The notes beneath the pieces were generated by a model. The model saw nothing but the letters and a program-made list of their open reading frames with translations, did not search any database and was not told the origin of the DNA. A stretch of DNA of 64,000 bases from an uncultured delta proteobacterium (GTDB lineage Bacteria; Desulfobacterota; Binatia; UBA9968): positions 96,001 through 160,000 of the forward strand of contig CAWJZV010000006.1 of the NCBI GenBank assembly GCA_963847445.1, given 5' to 3'. The translations under genes were made by a program, and so were the position numbers. Positions 43,761-57,552 of this stretch are shown in pieces (position 1 is the stretch's first letter; the number at the start of each line of letters is the position of its first letter).

Positions 43761-45789
43761 CTAGTACTTGAATGACAGACCGGCGAAGACGTTGAACGTC
43801 GGCGCGGGAACACGGAACGGTTCGTTGACCAATATGCCGGAGGTCGAATACTTTCGGTTGGTCAGGTTGTTGAAGTTGACGTATCCCGTCCATTGTTTCC
43901 ACTGATACGCGATACGGCTGTTGAGGACAAAATAGTCAGCGATCTTCTTGGCTTGATTGGGTTCGTCACTCTGCATAAATTGCGCGCCGACATAATTACC
44001 GAACAGCGAAACGGTTAAGCCTTCGATGGGATAGGTATTGATGCCGACGCCGACCCGATGGCGCGGCACGAGCGGCAGATCGTCGCCTTTTCTCACTTGG
44101 CCGGAAAAGAGCAAGACATCGGTTTCAAACGTGGCTTTCATGGCGGTGTAATTGATAAAACCATCGAGCCACTTTTGGTAGCGAGCTTTAAGCGAGAGCT
44201 CGATGCCCCGGCGCAAGGTGCGGGATATATTCTCATTGCGACCGAAGAATAAAAGCGGGTCGGTGACTATAAAAAGTATCTCATCACGCACAGGCGTGTA
44301 AAACAGCGCCAGCGACGCGTCGAGCCAATCTTGCAGCTGAGCTTTGGCGCCAAGCTCGAAATTGCGGCTGGTCATGGCCTTCAAGTCCGGATTGGAGCCG
44401 AACGGTCCCTGCGCGAATAGTTCGTCCACCGTTGGAATTCGCACTCCCTCTGAGTAACTAAACGAAAAGCTCAAATTCTTGACCGGCGTATACACGAGCC
44501 CGGCCTTTGGGCTGACGCGGTTGTAGGTCTTTATACCGCTGAGAGTTGGATCGATTTCATCAGTGAAGTTAAGGCGATCCCAGTCGTAACGGAAGCCGCC
44601 GTTGACGACCAACGATTCGAACAGATGAAAACTATCGGTGAGAAAGATACCCGCGACATCTTCCTTAGTCGAGCGTAAGTTTTGGAACGTGAAAGCCGGC
44701 AAGAAGATCCCCGCGTTGGCTGTGTCGAATTTATTCCGGGTGTATTCGACACCGAGCGTCAAAAGATTTTTTTTGTTCAGGATGGCGCCCTCGTGGCTGG
44801 CCTGGATCGTCGTGCCACCGGAATTCGTCTCCGTCTGGAGGGTCGCCTCACTGCTTAAGCCGCGAGTAAACAGCTCGATGTCGTTGCGCCGGAAGAATCC
44901 GTTGAGCGCAACTGAGAAACCCATTGGAAGTTTCTGTGTCAAATTAAGCGCGACTTGATGGAGATTGTCTTTTTGCTGATCGCCCGGAGTCAAATTGTCG
45001 TTCCTGTCGACCCGCAGCCGACTAGCCGGCAGCGACCCCGCCTGGCTGATATTATCCAGCACGCGCGTATAGGCGAGGCTGGCGTCGGTGTTGTCGCCGA
45101 GCCGATAACCGAGTTTTGTCAGCAGACGCGTGATCGTCGCGCCGGCGTGCCGCGAGCCGAATTCCTCTCGATAACCGTTGGTCAGCTCGCGCGTGACACC
45201 GAAGTAGTAGTCAAAGTTGGGGATTAACGGCAGCGGACCATCGGTGCTGAACGTGTATCGTTGCCTGCCGTAGCTGCCGCCGCCGATGTTCATGCCGATG
45301 TGCGGCCGGTCCGCGCGCCCGCGCTTGGTCGTGATATTGATGACACCGGCGAGGGCATTGCGGCCAAACACGGTTGCGGTTCCAGGCAAAATCTCGATGC
45401 GTTCGATGTCTTCGAGCGGTATTAGATTAAAATTGATCGTATTGAAATCCGGCTCATTGACTCGGACGCCGTCGATGAAGACGCTGGTGGTGGTAACCGG
45501 TTGCGCGTTGAACCCGCGCAGGTCGACGGTCTGCTGAAACTCGTTACCCACAGAGTCGTAGAGCACGATGCCGGTTTGATATTGCAGGACTTCTTGGATT
45601 GTCTTGGCGCCGAGCTTTTCGATCTCATCGGCGCTGACGACGATGACTTTGCCGGGAACTTGGCTCGCCGGTTGCTCGACATCCCGGAGCCGTGTCGAAG
45701 TGACCACCACTGGCGGCAGCGTATCCTGGGCATCCGATACTCCCGGCGCTCCCAGCAAAAACGAGTAAAACCAAACCTCGTGCTTTCAT
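43761..45789 (-). CDS. TonB-dependent receptor (BtuB-like); frameshift in the signal peptide near 45760
   Basis: TonB box VVVTSTR, plug ERIEIL..GVINITT, C-terminal aromatic residue; directly downstream of a cobalamin riboswitch. Confidence 0.93.
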
Positions 45790-45829
45790 GAAGCCCTCCT
45801 TCTCCCGCGAAAGGGGAACGTTGTGGCGG

Positions 45830-46037
45830 AGCGGACAGGTCTCCTGACTTGAGCATCAAACCTAATCGCTGCGTCTTCCCGTCGGCGCCGCGCCGACAGT
45901 GACTCGATTGCAGCTTTCGTAGCTCTTACAGTTGCGGGGCAGTAGAGGCATTCTCCGAAAAGGATGTTAAGGATGACGGATAAAATTCATCCTTCGACTT
46001 ATATCCTTTTGGAGTCACATCTTTCCCTAGGTCCGCT
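45830..46037 (-). ncRNA. Cobalamin riboswitch with a 62-nt hairpin insertion
   Basis: AGGGAA...ACTGCCCCGCAACTGTAA...GTCACTG...GGGAAGAC...AAGTCAGGAGACCTG; closing stem AGCGGAC/GTCCGCT. Confidence 0.88.
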
Positions 46038-46076
46038 CTGCGGTTGATAAGTCTAGCTTCTATGGCCTCCTTAGCT

Positions 46077-46832
46077 TCATCGTTTGGCATTCGACAGCTG
46101 AAATTCGATCGGTACCTTGACCCAAGTCTCGATCGGTATGCCACTGACGCGAGCCGGCACGAAGCGCCATTTCTTGAGCGCTTCAGTGGCGGCCTGGTCG
46201 AGCATGTGGTGGCCGGAGCTGGTATTGACCTCGATCGCCTTGGTTCTGCCCTCTTCATCGACAAGCACGCGTAGTAGCACCCGGCCTTCTTTGCCTTCAC
46301 GCCGCGCGCTATCCGGGTAATGAGGCTGAGGGGTTTCGCGATAGCGGGCTTGAATGAGCGGAGTTCCAGCTTGTCCCGTTCCTGAACCTTCGCCGTTGCC
46401 GGCACCGTTGCCGGAGCCAGTGCCCGATCTTTCTCCGGCGAGATTATTTCCGCCAGCTCCGTTGTCGCTCCCGTAGCTGTCACCCGTTCTGTTGGCAGTA
46501 CCAACCATCGAGACGCCAGAGATCGACGTTACACTCGTATCAGCGACAACCGGCGGACTCTCGGTCGGCAATCTTTCCAACGCGGCGGGGGGCGAGGCCG
46601 GCGCGATATCGCCGGTGCGCTCAGTGGGTGTTTTGGCGAAGTTTTTCGCAGTGACTCGATCAGCCGCGGCATGCCCGCCGCCGGGACCTCCGCTGGGTTC
46701 AGTGGCGGATTCGATCGGCAAGATCGTCACCTGGATGGCGCGATCGGTTACCGGTCCATTCAATGAAATGGGAACCAGGATCGCTGCCGCATGGACTGCG
46801 AAGGATAGGAAAAAAAATAGCGCCAGCTTCAT
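46077..46832 (-). CDS. tonB: Energy transducer TonB
   Basis: N-terminal SxxxH transmembrane helix; YPDSARREGKEGRV, SSG..LDQAA, WRFVPA. Confidence 0.9.
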   Translation of the reverse strand: MKLALFFFLSFAVHAAAILVPISLNGPVTDRAIQVTILPIESATEPSGGPGGGHAAADRVTAKNFAKTPTERTGDIAPASPPAALERLPTESPPVVADTSVTSISGVSMVGTANRTGDSYGSDNGAGGNNLAGERSGTGSGNGAGNGEGSGTGQAGTPLIQARYRETPQPHYPDSARREGKEGRVLLRVLVDEEGRTKAIEVNTSSGHHMLDQAATEALKKWRFVPARVSGIPIETWVKVPIEFQLSNAKR

Positions 46833-46917
46833 CCGAGCTCACTACTGGCCTCTGGAAAATTGACGGGAAAGATTGCGAAACCTTTCTCTCTTCTCCGGAG
46901 AGGCCGGTCGATTCGCT

Positions 46918-47058
46918 CTAGGTAGGTCTCCTGGCTTAGGCTTTTTTCTACTCGCCGCGCCTTCCCATTCCCTCGAACAGTGGCTGAGTTGCGGCTTTCG
47001 TCGCCGTTACAGTGGCGGGACCGCGCCGGATTTACACCGGACTTCCCTTTGAACCTAG
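46918..47058 (-). ncRNA. Cobalamin riboswitch
   Basis: AAAGGGAAGTCCGGTGTAAATCCGGCGCGGTCCCGCCACTGTAA...GCCACTG...GGGAAGGC...AAGCCAGGAGACCT. Confidence 0.93.
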
Positions 47059-47080
47059 GGCTCCGAATTGATGTAAACGG

Positions 47081-47109
47081 AAACTATAACGCGCAGATTA
47101 GACTGTCAA
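47081..47109 (-). promoter_or_regulatory. Sigma70 promoter of the tonB-btu operon
   Basis: TTGACA followed after 15-17 nt by TATAGT/TAGTTT, just 5' of the riboswitch. Confidence 0.55.
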
Positions 47110-47125
47110 CTGGTTGTCGAATTCG

Positions 47126-48001
47126 TTAGAGGATCAACCACAAGACGATCGGAATTGTCAGGACGGATAGAAAAGTGCTGATAACCACGATGGACGCGGC
47201 GAGAGCGGGGTCTTGGCGGTACTTTTCGGTCAAGACGAAATTGATCACGGCGGCGGGAAGTGCGCCATAGAGCAGCAGCACTTGGCGATTGACGCCGGTG
47301 GCGCCGATGGCCAACACCGCAATGTTGGCGGCGGCGAAGCCACCGAAGATGCGTAACAGAGCGCCGCCCAGCGCGTGGCCCCATTGTAACGACTCCACCT
47401 CGTGCAACCGGTAACCCAAGCTGATGAGCATGATCGGGATCGTCGCTTGCCCTAACATGGCGACCGGCTGGAGCAAGATTTCCGGGATTTTCACCTGGGC
47501 GAGATTGATCACCAGACCGGCGACGGCGGCGTAGATCAACGGCAAACGAAAACTTTCGCGCCAATTGCCGCGGCCGTGCAATATGTAAATGCCCAACGAG
47601 TACTGCAGAAACGTAATGATCACGAACATCAGCGTGGCGCGCTGCAGGCCGGCTTGGCCGAACGCGAAGAACGCGAGCGGAATACCCATGTTCCCCGCGT
47701 TCATGAACAGCGCCGGCAAGGCAAAGCCACGCGATGCGAATCCGAACAAGGCGAAGTAGCCGCGGATCAGCAGGCCGACACCGGCGAAAATCACGACGAT
47801 ACCGGATGACAAGATCAAGATATCGTTGGCGAATAGTGGTTTACTCACCAGCGAGCTGAAAACCAGCGCAGGGGTGCCAAGGTAGACGATGATTTCGGTC
47901 ACCGATGCCAAACTGATTTTTTTCCAATGGGCAAAAATAAATCCGGCGGCGATCAGCATGAAGACTGGGATGACCGGCGAGACGGGCTCGAAAATTTCCA
48001 T
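47126..48001 (-). CDS. AEC (auxin efflux carrier-like) family transporter
   Basis: About 10 hydrophobic helices; NAGNMGIP, LISLG, PAAV motifs. Confidence 0.88.
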   Translation of the reverse strand: MEIFEPVSPVIPVFMLIAAGFIFAHWKKISLASVTEIIVYLGTPALVFSSLVSKPLFANDILILSSGIVVIFAGVGLLIRGYFALFGFASRGFALPALFMNAGNMGIPLAFFAFGQAGLQRATLMFVIITFLQYSLGIYILHGRGNWRESFRLPLIYAAVAGLVINLAQVKIPEILLQPVAMLGQATIPIMLISLGYRLHEVESLQWGHALGGALLRIFGGFAAANIAVLAIGATGVNRQVLLLYGALPAAVINFVLTEKYRQDPALAASIVVISTFLSVLTIPIVLWLIL

Positions 48002-48026
48002 AGTGGGGTCGGCCGGGCGCCATTCT

Positions 48027-48734
48027 CTAAAGAACGGTCATCAGCACCAGAGTCAACGCTTCGCTGAGATCGGTGACCGCGCCAAAGTTGTTTTGCGTGA
48101 GGATCGCATGACGACGATGCAGCAGTGCGCGGCTCAGCAGCGCCAGCAGCGACAAGGCTAAGCCGATCCACAAAGCTTCGCGGCCGAGTAGATAGGTTGC
48201 CAAGACTAACGTGATGAGTGTCGTGACCGCAAGGTGCCATAGTTTGGTATTCTCAGCGATCGGCCGCATGGTCTCCTCACAGCGGTCGTGGTAGCCGTAG
48301 AGCAGCACCACCAAGGCCCAGCGCGCCAACGCAGGTGCGAGAAAGATATTGGCGGTCACTTTGTCGTCCATGATGTCGACGGCGTGGACTTTGAGCAGGG
48401 TCACGATGATGATCGCGGCGAAGCCAAAAATATCCCCGCCACGGTCGCGCGCCGCCGCGGTGGGCCACTGCATGGAATCGAACGTGCTCTTGGTCCCGGC
48501 CAATGGCATGGCGCCGGTGGCGACGATCAAAAGCGCGATCATTAAAACGCTGAGAATTTCCGAATCGACGTGCAAAGCCAGTAGGTAGTAGATCGCCGCC
48601 AAAACTACACCGATCGCTAAACCGACCAGCGGAAACCATAGTGGAGCGTTGCCAAATCCCGCAGGATCGCTTGCCGGCGCGCGCCAACGGCCCAAAATCG
48701 TTAAGTATTTGAACGCTGTGACGAGGCTTTGCAC
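48027..48734 (-). CDS. cobS: CobS-like membrane protein with degenerate conserved motifs
   Basis: AFKYLT, WFPLVG, LARW and C-terminal T..FGA..LSE pattern; adjacent to B12 genes. Confidence 0.7.
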   Translation of the reverse strand: MQSLVTAFKYLTILGRWRAPASDPAGFGNAPLWFPLVGLAIGVVLAAIYYLLALHVDSEILSVLMIALLIVATGAMPLAGTKSTFDSMQWPTAAARDRGGDIFGFAAIIIVTLLKVHAVDIMDDKVTANIFLAPALARWALVVLLYGYHDRCEETMRPIAENTKLWHLAVTTLITLVLATYLLGREALWIGLALSLLALLSRALLHRRHAILTQNNFGAVTDLSEALTLVLMTVL

Positions 48735-48962
48735 GGCCTCTGTTGTCGCTCAGTGGGGTCATAGAGTCAACCGACCGAGCGGCAAAAGCGTAGCGCCTTT
48801 ACGGCAATTTCCCAAAGGTCCGAAAAATTCAAATAATTGCTTGGTAATTCAATGCCTTATAGCTCTTTTTACGCTTTACTTTCGCGCTCCTTTCCGGTAC
48901 TATTTTGGTTAGCTGAAACTCTGTCTAACTCCAGAACTTTTCTAGCAAATTTCGAAATTTAG

Positions 48963-51416
<2,454 letters not shown>

Positions 51417-51493
51417 TGCGCCGTTGGCGGTGCTGGCACCTTGCCCAGCGCCGCACCGAGAAATAATTCACCTAGCAGATTGGCGAGCGATTC

Positions 51494-53953
51494 ATGGAAG
51501 CTACTATCAAACCGCAAAAGGTTCCGGTCTACATCGAAGAAGAGATGCGCGAGTCGTTCATGGCCTATGCCATGAGCGTCATCATCAGCCGGGCTCTGCC
51601 GGATGTGCGCGACGGCTTGAAGCCGGTGCATCGGCGCGTGCTCTACGCCATGTACGACGCCAGCAACACTTCGGATAAGCCCTACAAGAAATCCGCCCGT
51701 CTGGTCGGCGATATCATGGGTAAGTACCATCCCCATGGCGACACGGCGATCTACGACACCGTGGTGCGCATGGCCCAGGACTTCAACCTGCGCTATCCGC
51801 TGGTCGACGGCCAGGGTAATTTTGGTTCCATTGACGGCGATAATCCGGCGGCCATGCGTTACACCGAGATCCGCATGACCCTGTTGGCCGAGGAGATGCT
51901 CGCCGACATCGAGAAAGACACCGTCGAATTCGTCCCCAACTACGACGATTCGCTCAAAGAACCGTCGGTGCTGCCGTCGCGGATTCCCAATCTGCTGATC
52001 AATGGCTCAGCCGGCATCGCGGTTGGCATGGCGACCAATATTCCACCGCATAATCTGAGCGAAGTGATCGATGCCTTGGTGGCGCTGGTGGATAACCCCG
52101 AGATGACGATCAAGCAGTTGATGCGCCATATCCCCGGACCGGATTTTCCCACCGGCGGATTTATTCATGGCCGCGAGCCGATCATTCGCGCCTACCACGA
52201 GGGCAAGGGCATCATTCAAATGCGCGGCAAGGCGTTTACCGAAACGGTCAAGCGCACCGGCAAAGAACAGATCATCATCGGGGAAATTCCCTACCAGGTA
52301 AACAAGAAGCGGTTGATCGAACAGATCGCCGAACTGGTCAACGAGAAAAAGATCGAAGGCATCGGCGATCTGCGCGACGAATCGGACCGCGACGGCATGC
52401 GCATCGTCATCGAGCTCAAGCGCGACGCGGTGGCCGAAATCGTCATCAACCAGCTGCACAAGCATACCCAACTGCAAGATTCTTTCGGCATGAACATGCT
52501 CGCCATCGTCGATGGCAAGCCCAAGCTGCTTACTCTCAAGGACGCGCTGAAATGCTTCCTCGATCACCGCAAGGAAGTAGTGACCCGGCGCACCGCCTAC
52601 GATCTGCGCAAGGCCGAAGAGCGGCTGCATATCTTGGAAGGGTTTCGCATCGCGCTCGACAACCTCGACGCGGTGATCGCGCTGATTCGCAATTCCGCCG
52701 ACGGCAAAGAAGCCAAAGAAGGGTTGATGAGCAATTTCGCGTTGAGCGAATTGCAGGCCCAGGCGATCCTCGACCTGCGCTTGCAGCGCTTGACCGGCTT
52801 GGAACGCGACAAGATCATGGACGAGCACCGCGAGACCGTCGCGCTGATCGCCAAGCTGCGGGCGATCCTCGCCGACGAGAAAGAGATCTACAAAATCATC
52901 GTCGGCGAGCTCAAAGAGATCAAGAAGCAGTATGGCGACGAGCGCCGCACCCAGATCGTCGATCACTCCGATGATATTTCCATCGAGGACATGATCGTCG
53001 ACGAAGACATGGCGGTGACGATCTCTCATGAGGGCTATATCAAGCGCAACCCGGTGACTCTCTACCGGGCGCAGCGGCGCGGCGGCAAGGGCAAGATCGG
53101 CACGACGACCAAGGAAGAGGACTTTGTCGAGTCGTTGTTCATCGCCTCGATGCATTCCTATATTCTGTTTTTCACCACCGTCGGCAAGGTCTATTGGATC
53201 AAGGTCCATGAGCTGCCGCAGGCGAGCCGGGCGGCGCGCGGCAAGCCGATCGTCAACCTGCTCAATCTCGAGCCCGGCGAAAAAGTCTCGGCGTTTCTCT
53301 CGGTGCGCGAATTTCAAGAAGGGCGATTCATCATTTTCGCCACCAAGAACGGTCTGATCAAAAAGACCGAGCTGATGGCCTACGCCCATCCCCGGCCCAG
53401 CGGCATTCGCGCCATCGGGCTCGAAGAGCATGACGAGGTCATCGGCGTGCGCCTGACCGACGGCCTGCAGGAGTTGATACTTTCCACCGCCGAGGGACAG
53501 TCGATTCGTTTCAAGGAAGAGCAAGTGCGTTCCACCGGCCGTGGTACCTTCGGCGTCGTCGGCATGCGTCTGGACGAAGGCGATCATATTGTCAGCATGG
53601 AGATTCTCACCCGTGGCTTCGCGGTCTTGACGGTTTCTGAGGGCGGCTACGGCAAGCGCACCGAGATGGATGAATACCGGCTGCAATCGCGCGGCGGCAA
53701 GGGCATTATCACGATGAAGACCAGCGACCGCACCGGCCGTGTCGTCGGCGTGCAACAAGTCACCGAGGAGGACCAGCTCATGCTGGTCTCCAACATCGGT
53801 AAGATCATTCGCCTGCGTATCAAAGATATCCGCATCATCGGCCGCAACACCCAAGGGGTGCGCTTGATCGAACTCGAAGAAGGCGAGCGGCTGGTGTCGC
53901 TGGCGCGTGTGGCGGAAAAAGAGGAAGAGGACGATGGCGGGGGCGACGCCTAG
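51494..53953 (+). CDS. gyrA: DNA gyrase subunit A
   Basis: [26 protein letters not shown], GyrA box QRRGGKG. Confidence 0.98.
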   Translation: MEATIKPQKVPVYIEEEMRESFMAYAMSVIISRALPDVRDGLKPVHRRVLYAMYDASNTSDKPYKKSARLVGDIMGKYHPHGDTAIYDTVVRMAQDFNLRYPLVDGQGNFGSIDGDNPAAMRYTEIRMTLLAEEMLADIEKDTVEFVPNYDDSLKEPSVLPSRIPNLLINGSAGIAVGMATNIPPHNLSEVIDALVALVDNPEMTIKQLMRHIPGPDFPTGGFIHGREPIIRAYHEGKGIIQMRGKAFTETVKRTGKEQIIIGEIPYQVNKKRLIEQIAELVNEKKIEGIGDLRDESDRDGMRIVIELKRDAVAEIVINQLHKHTQLQDSFGMNMLAIVDGKPKLLTLKDALKCFLDHRKEVVTRRTAYDLRKAEERLHILEGFRIALDNLDAVIALIRNSADGKEAKEGLMSNFALSELQAQAILDLRLQRLTGLERDKIMDEHRETVALIAKLRAILADEKEIYKIIVGELKEIKKQYGDERRTQIVDHSDDISIEDMIVDEDMAVTISHEGYIKRNPVTLYRAQRRGGKGKIGTTTKEEDFVESLFIASMHSYILFFTTVGKVYWIKVHELPQASRAARGKPIVNLLNLEPGEKVSAFLSVREFQEGRFIIFATKNGLIKKTELMAYAHPRPSGIRAIGLEEHDEVIGVRLTDGLQELILSTAEGQSIRFKEEQVRSTGRGTFGVVGMRLDEGDHIVSMEILTRGFAVLTVSEGGYGKRTEMDEYRLQSRGGKGIITMKTSDRTGRVVGVQQVTEEDQLMLVSNIGKIIRLRIKDIRIIGRNTQGVRLIELEEGERLVSLARVAEKEEEDDGGGDA

Positions 53954-54055
53954 ACGCGCAGTGCCTTGCGTGGCGATAGCCCTGACGAACAATCGTTGAT
54001 CTATCGCGGTAACGAGCCGATTTCAGCCAATAATCATTTTTCGTGTGGATCGACC

Positions 54056-55067
54056 ATGGCTAGAGAGATTGGCGTCGTCGGCGCCGGCGGTTGGGGTACG
54101 GCGCTGGCCAAGCTGCTGGCCGACAAGGGCGAGCGGGTTACTTTGTGGTGTCATGGCGACGGCTAGTTTTCGCGAACTGGCGGAACAACGGCAGAATTTG
54201 ACTTATCTCCCCGGCATTTTGCTGCCCGACAATCTTGCCGTCACTCAGACGTCTAAAAGATGCGGTGGCCGATAAATCGCTGGTGATTTGTGCCGTGCCA
54301 TCCCATGCGGTGCGCGCAAGTATTCACCGACGCGGCGCGCGTACTTCGATCGCCAAACGCTTTTGCTGTGCGGCACCAAGGGGCTGGAAGAGCCGACACT
54401 GCAGACCATGGCTGAGCTGTTCGGCGATATTCTCGGCGCCGCAAGCAAGGAACGCCATGGCTTTCTTTCCGGGCCGACCTTTGCGATCGAAGTTGCCCGG
54501 GGCTTGCCGGCCGCGGTGACAGTCGCTTCCACTTCAGAAAACGTGGCGCTCTCGATCCAAGAGATGCTCAGCACCGCCAGTCTGCGGGTTTATACCTCGC
54601 TCGATGTGGTCGGCGTGCAAATGGGCGGCGTGGTGAAAAATGTCATCGCCATCGCCGCTGGCATTAGCGATGGTCTCGGCCTCGGGCAGAACGCCAGGGC
54701 GGCGTTGATCACCCGCGGTTTGGCGGAAATCACCCGTTTGGCTGTACGCATGGGTGCCGATCCGACGACCTTGGCGGGATTGCCAGGTTTGGGCGATTTA
54801 GTGCTTACCTGTGCCGGTGACTTGAGCCGCAACCGCGCGGTGGGTTTACAGATCGCCGCCGGCAAGAGTTTGCAGGAGATTACGAGTTCGACTCGCACCG
54901 TGGCTGAAGGGGTACGCAATACCCGCGCGCTGCACGCTTTGGCCCAGCGTTTGGCGGTGGAAATGCCGATCGTCGAGCAGATGTACCAGGTGCTCTATGG
55001 CGCTAAGCGGCCGGCCGACGCGGCGCGCGATTTGATGCAACGGTCGCTAAAACCCGAGGCCGGTTAA
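54056..55067 (+). CDS. gpsA: NAD(P)H-dependent glycerol-3-phosphate dehydrogenase; frameshifts in the 5' part
   Basis: GAGGWGTALA, SGPTFA.EV, KNVIAIAAG, GLGDLVLTC..LSRN. Confidence 0.93.
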
Positions 55068-55141
55068 AATTGACTTCGCCTGGACGGTATGATTGATATA
55101 GTCACTTGGCTGTGCAGGCGGCCTGAAGGGGAAGTAGTCTT

Positions 55142-55306
55142 ATGAGCAAAAGAACCTATCAACCGAGCAACATCCGTAGAAAGCGCACTCATGGCTTTCT
55201 CGCGCGCATGGCGACTCCGGGCGGGCGCAATGTCATCAAACGGCGCCGCGCCAAGGGACGCAAAAAATTGACTGTGTCGGTGCCGCCCAAGCGGGCGCGC
55301 ACCTAA
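55142..55306 (+). CDS. rpmH: 50S ribosomal protein L34
   Basis: Manual translation [43 protein letters not shown]; below the ORF-track length cutoff. Confidence 0.97.
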   Translation: MSKRTYQPSNIRRKRTHGFLARMATPGGRNVIKRRRAKGRKKLTVSVPPKRART

Positions 55307-55321
55307 CCACGGGGGAAGGCG

Positions 55322-55681
55322 CTGAAGGATAATCAAGCGTTCCCGAAGTCGGCCCGCCTGAGAAAACGACGCGAATTTTTGCGATTATCGCGATCCGGTC
55401 ACAAGATCCATTCCGCAAACTTTGTCGTTATCAGCAAAACTAGCGATCATGCCGAGTCCCGCGTGGGAATCACCGTTAGCGGTAAGGTTGGCAACTCAGT
55501 GATCCGCAATCGGATCAAACGGCAAGTACGGGAGTTCTTCCGCCGCCGCCGCGCGGCATTGCCGCAAGCGGTGGATTTCCTCGTCATCGCGCGTCAAAGC
55601 GCGGTGAACCTGCCGTCGAGTATGCTCGACGCCGAATTGGCCAAAAGTTTCTCGCCGCCACGCGGGCGCCGGATGGTATAA
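55322..55681 (+). CDS. rnpA: Ribonuclease P protein component (start uncertain, possibly CTG)
   Basis: FPKSARLRKRREF, RVGITVSGKVGNSVIRNRIKR. Confidence 0.92.
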   Translation: MKDNQAFPKSARLRKRREFLRLSRSGHKIHSANFVVISKTSDHAESRVGITVSGKVGNSVIRNRIKRQVREFFRRRRAALPQAVDFLVIARQSAVNLPSSMLDAELAKSFSPPRGRRMV

Positions 55682-55685
55682 CCGC

Positions 55686-55898
55686 ATGATCCGCTGGTTA
55701 TTGATCTTGCCGATTCGCGCCTATCGCCTGTCGGTCTCGCCCTGGTTGCCGCCCGCTTGCCGGTTTTACCCCAGTTGTTCGGCCTATGCGCAAACGGCAA
55801 TTCACCGTCACGGTGCGGTCAAAGGTCTGCTCTACACTCTATGGCGTTTCTGCCGCTGCCACCCTTTCAGCGCCGGCGGATACGATCCGGTCAGTTGA
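55686..55898 (+). CDS. yidD: Membrane protein insertion efficiency factor
   Basis: CRFYPSCSAY, RCHPF..GGYDPV. Confidence 0.95.
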   Translation: MIRWLLILPIRAYRLSVSPWLPPACRFYPSCSAYAQTAIHRHGAVKGLLYTLWRFCRCHPFSAGGYDPVS

Positions 55899-55907
55899 AC
55901 TTAATCA

Positions 55908-57536
55908 ATGGATAAACGCGCACTCATCGGCATCGCATTATCGGTCCTGGTCTTGGTCGGTTACCAAGAATTTATTAGCCGTTATTATGGCCCGCCGCCG
56001 ACAGTTCCGGCGCCGGCCGCGGAAAAGACGGACGCCGCTGCGCCGCCCTCCGGCGCTACTCCCGCCGCGCCCAGCGCTGTCCCGGCGCAAGTTGCGCCGG
56101 CTCTCGTACCGCCTGGCCAAGCGGCTCGAAACATTCAGGTTGAAACCGATAACTACATCGCCGTTTTCACCAGCCACGGCGCGCGCCTGAAAAGCTTTCA
56201 GTTCAAAAACTATCGCGCCAGCGCGGATACTAAAAGCCCGCTCCAGGAAATAATTACCACCGCGAAAGATGTGCCGTTGCCGCTCGGTGTGCGCTGGCAG
56301 GCGCCGGCGCCATTCGATGATGCAAGTGTGTCTTACTCCGTTCAGGGCGCCGATCTTAAACTCACAGGCGAAGCCAAGGGTACCTTGGTATTTCAAGGCC
56401 AGACCGCCGATGGCGCGACGATTACCAAGTCTTTGACATTTACCGGCAATGTTTATCCTATTCAGTTCGATGTTGCCGTTCAGTCCGCCGCGGCCACTGC
56501 GCCGGTGCCAGAAGTTTTTCTGACCGACAAAAGCGATCATACCGTGGTCAATCCCGGCGCGCCGTTCGAAGGCTTCGTCGCCTTGGTCGATAACAAGATC
56601 AAGCGCGAGGCGACGGTGGACGCGAGTAAGGGACATGAGTTTAGCGGCGACGTCGCCTGGGCCGGTTTCGGCCACACTTATTTTTTCGTGGCTTTGATGC
56701 CGGAAAATGGCGCCGGGCACAAAGTTTCGGTGCGGCAAAATGGCGCCGCGCTCGTCGCTTCGCTGAGCGGACCGGCGGCCGGCGGCCGCTATCGTCTGTT
56801 CATCGGACCCAAAGAACTCGAACTCCTACAGTCGGTGGGCAAGGACATCGATCGTGCCATCGACCACGGCTATTTCGGCTTCGTCTCGGTGCCGCTGCTC
56901 TACGTGCTCCACTTCTTTCACCGTTTCACCGGCAGTTATGGGATCGACATCATTATACTGACGGTGCTGATCAAGCTGATCATGTGGCCGTTGACGCATA
57001 AGAGCTTTAGTTCCATGAAGTCGATGCAGAAGCTTGGGCCGCAGATGGAAAAGCTCAAAGAACGCTTCGCCAACGACAAAGAGAAACTCAATAAAGAGAT
57101 CATGGATCTGTACAAGCGTAACGGTGTCAATCCGTTGGGCGGCTGCCTGCCGATGGTGCTGCAATTTCCGGTTTTCATCGGTCTGTACAACGCGCTCAGC
57201 ACGCCCATCGAGCTGCGCCATGCGTCGTTTATGTGGATTCAAGATTTGTCGCGGCCCGACTGGGAAGCGCTGCAGTTCACAGTTCCCGGCTGGTGGCCTT
57301 CGCTCTTGCCGTCCGGCATTCCGATTCTGACCATTGTCATGGGCGCCACCATGTTTATCCAACAATGGATGACGCCGTCAGCGGGCGATCCCAACCAGCG
57401 AAGAATAATGATGTTGATGCCGCTCATGTTTACCTTCATGTTCGTGTCGTTTCCCGCTGGCTTGACCGTTTACTGGCTGGTGAACAACGTGCTGAGCATC
57501 GCGCAGCAGTACTGGATCAATCGCAGCGATAAGTAG
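55908..57536 (+). CDS. yidC: Membrane protein insertase
   Basis: GVNPLGGCLP, ELRHA.F.WI.DLS, PAGLTVYW. Confidence 0.96.
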   Translation: MDKRALIGIALSVLVLVGYQEFISRYYGPPPTVPAPAAEKTDAAAPPSGATPAAPSAVPAQVAPALVPPGQAARNIQVETDNYIAVFTSHGARLKSFQFKNYRASADTKSPLQEIITTAKDVPLPLGVRWQAPAPFDDASVSYSVQGADLKLTGEAKGTLVFQGQTADGATITKSLTFTGNVYPIQFDVAVQSAAATAPVPEVFLTDKSDHTVVNPGAPFEGFVALVDNKIKREATVDASKGHEFSGDVAWAGFGHTYFFVALMPENGAGHKVSVRQNGAALVASLSGPAAGGRYRLFIGPKELELLQSVGKDIDRAIDHGYFGFVSVPLLYVLHFFHRFTGSYGIDIIILTVLIKLIMWPLTHKSFSSMKSMQKLGPQMEKLKERFANDKEKLNKEIMDLYKRNGVNPLGGCLPMVLQFPVFIGLYNALSTPIELRHASFMWIQDLSRPDWEALQFTVPGWWPSLLPSGIPILTIVMGATMFIQQWMTPSAGDPNQRRIMMLMPLMFTFMFVSFPAGLTVYWLVNNVLSIAQQYWINRSDK

Positions 57537-57552
57537 CCGAGGAAGGTCAGTT

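Noticed and set aside
52007-53992. 661-aa minus-strand ORF
   Set aside because: Antisense shadow of gyrA, typical of GC-rich coding DNA
55064-55336. 90-aa minus-strand ORF
   Set aside because: Overlaps rpmH, which is unambiguous on the plus strand
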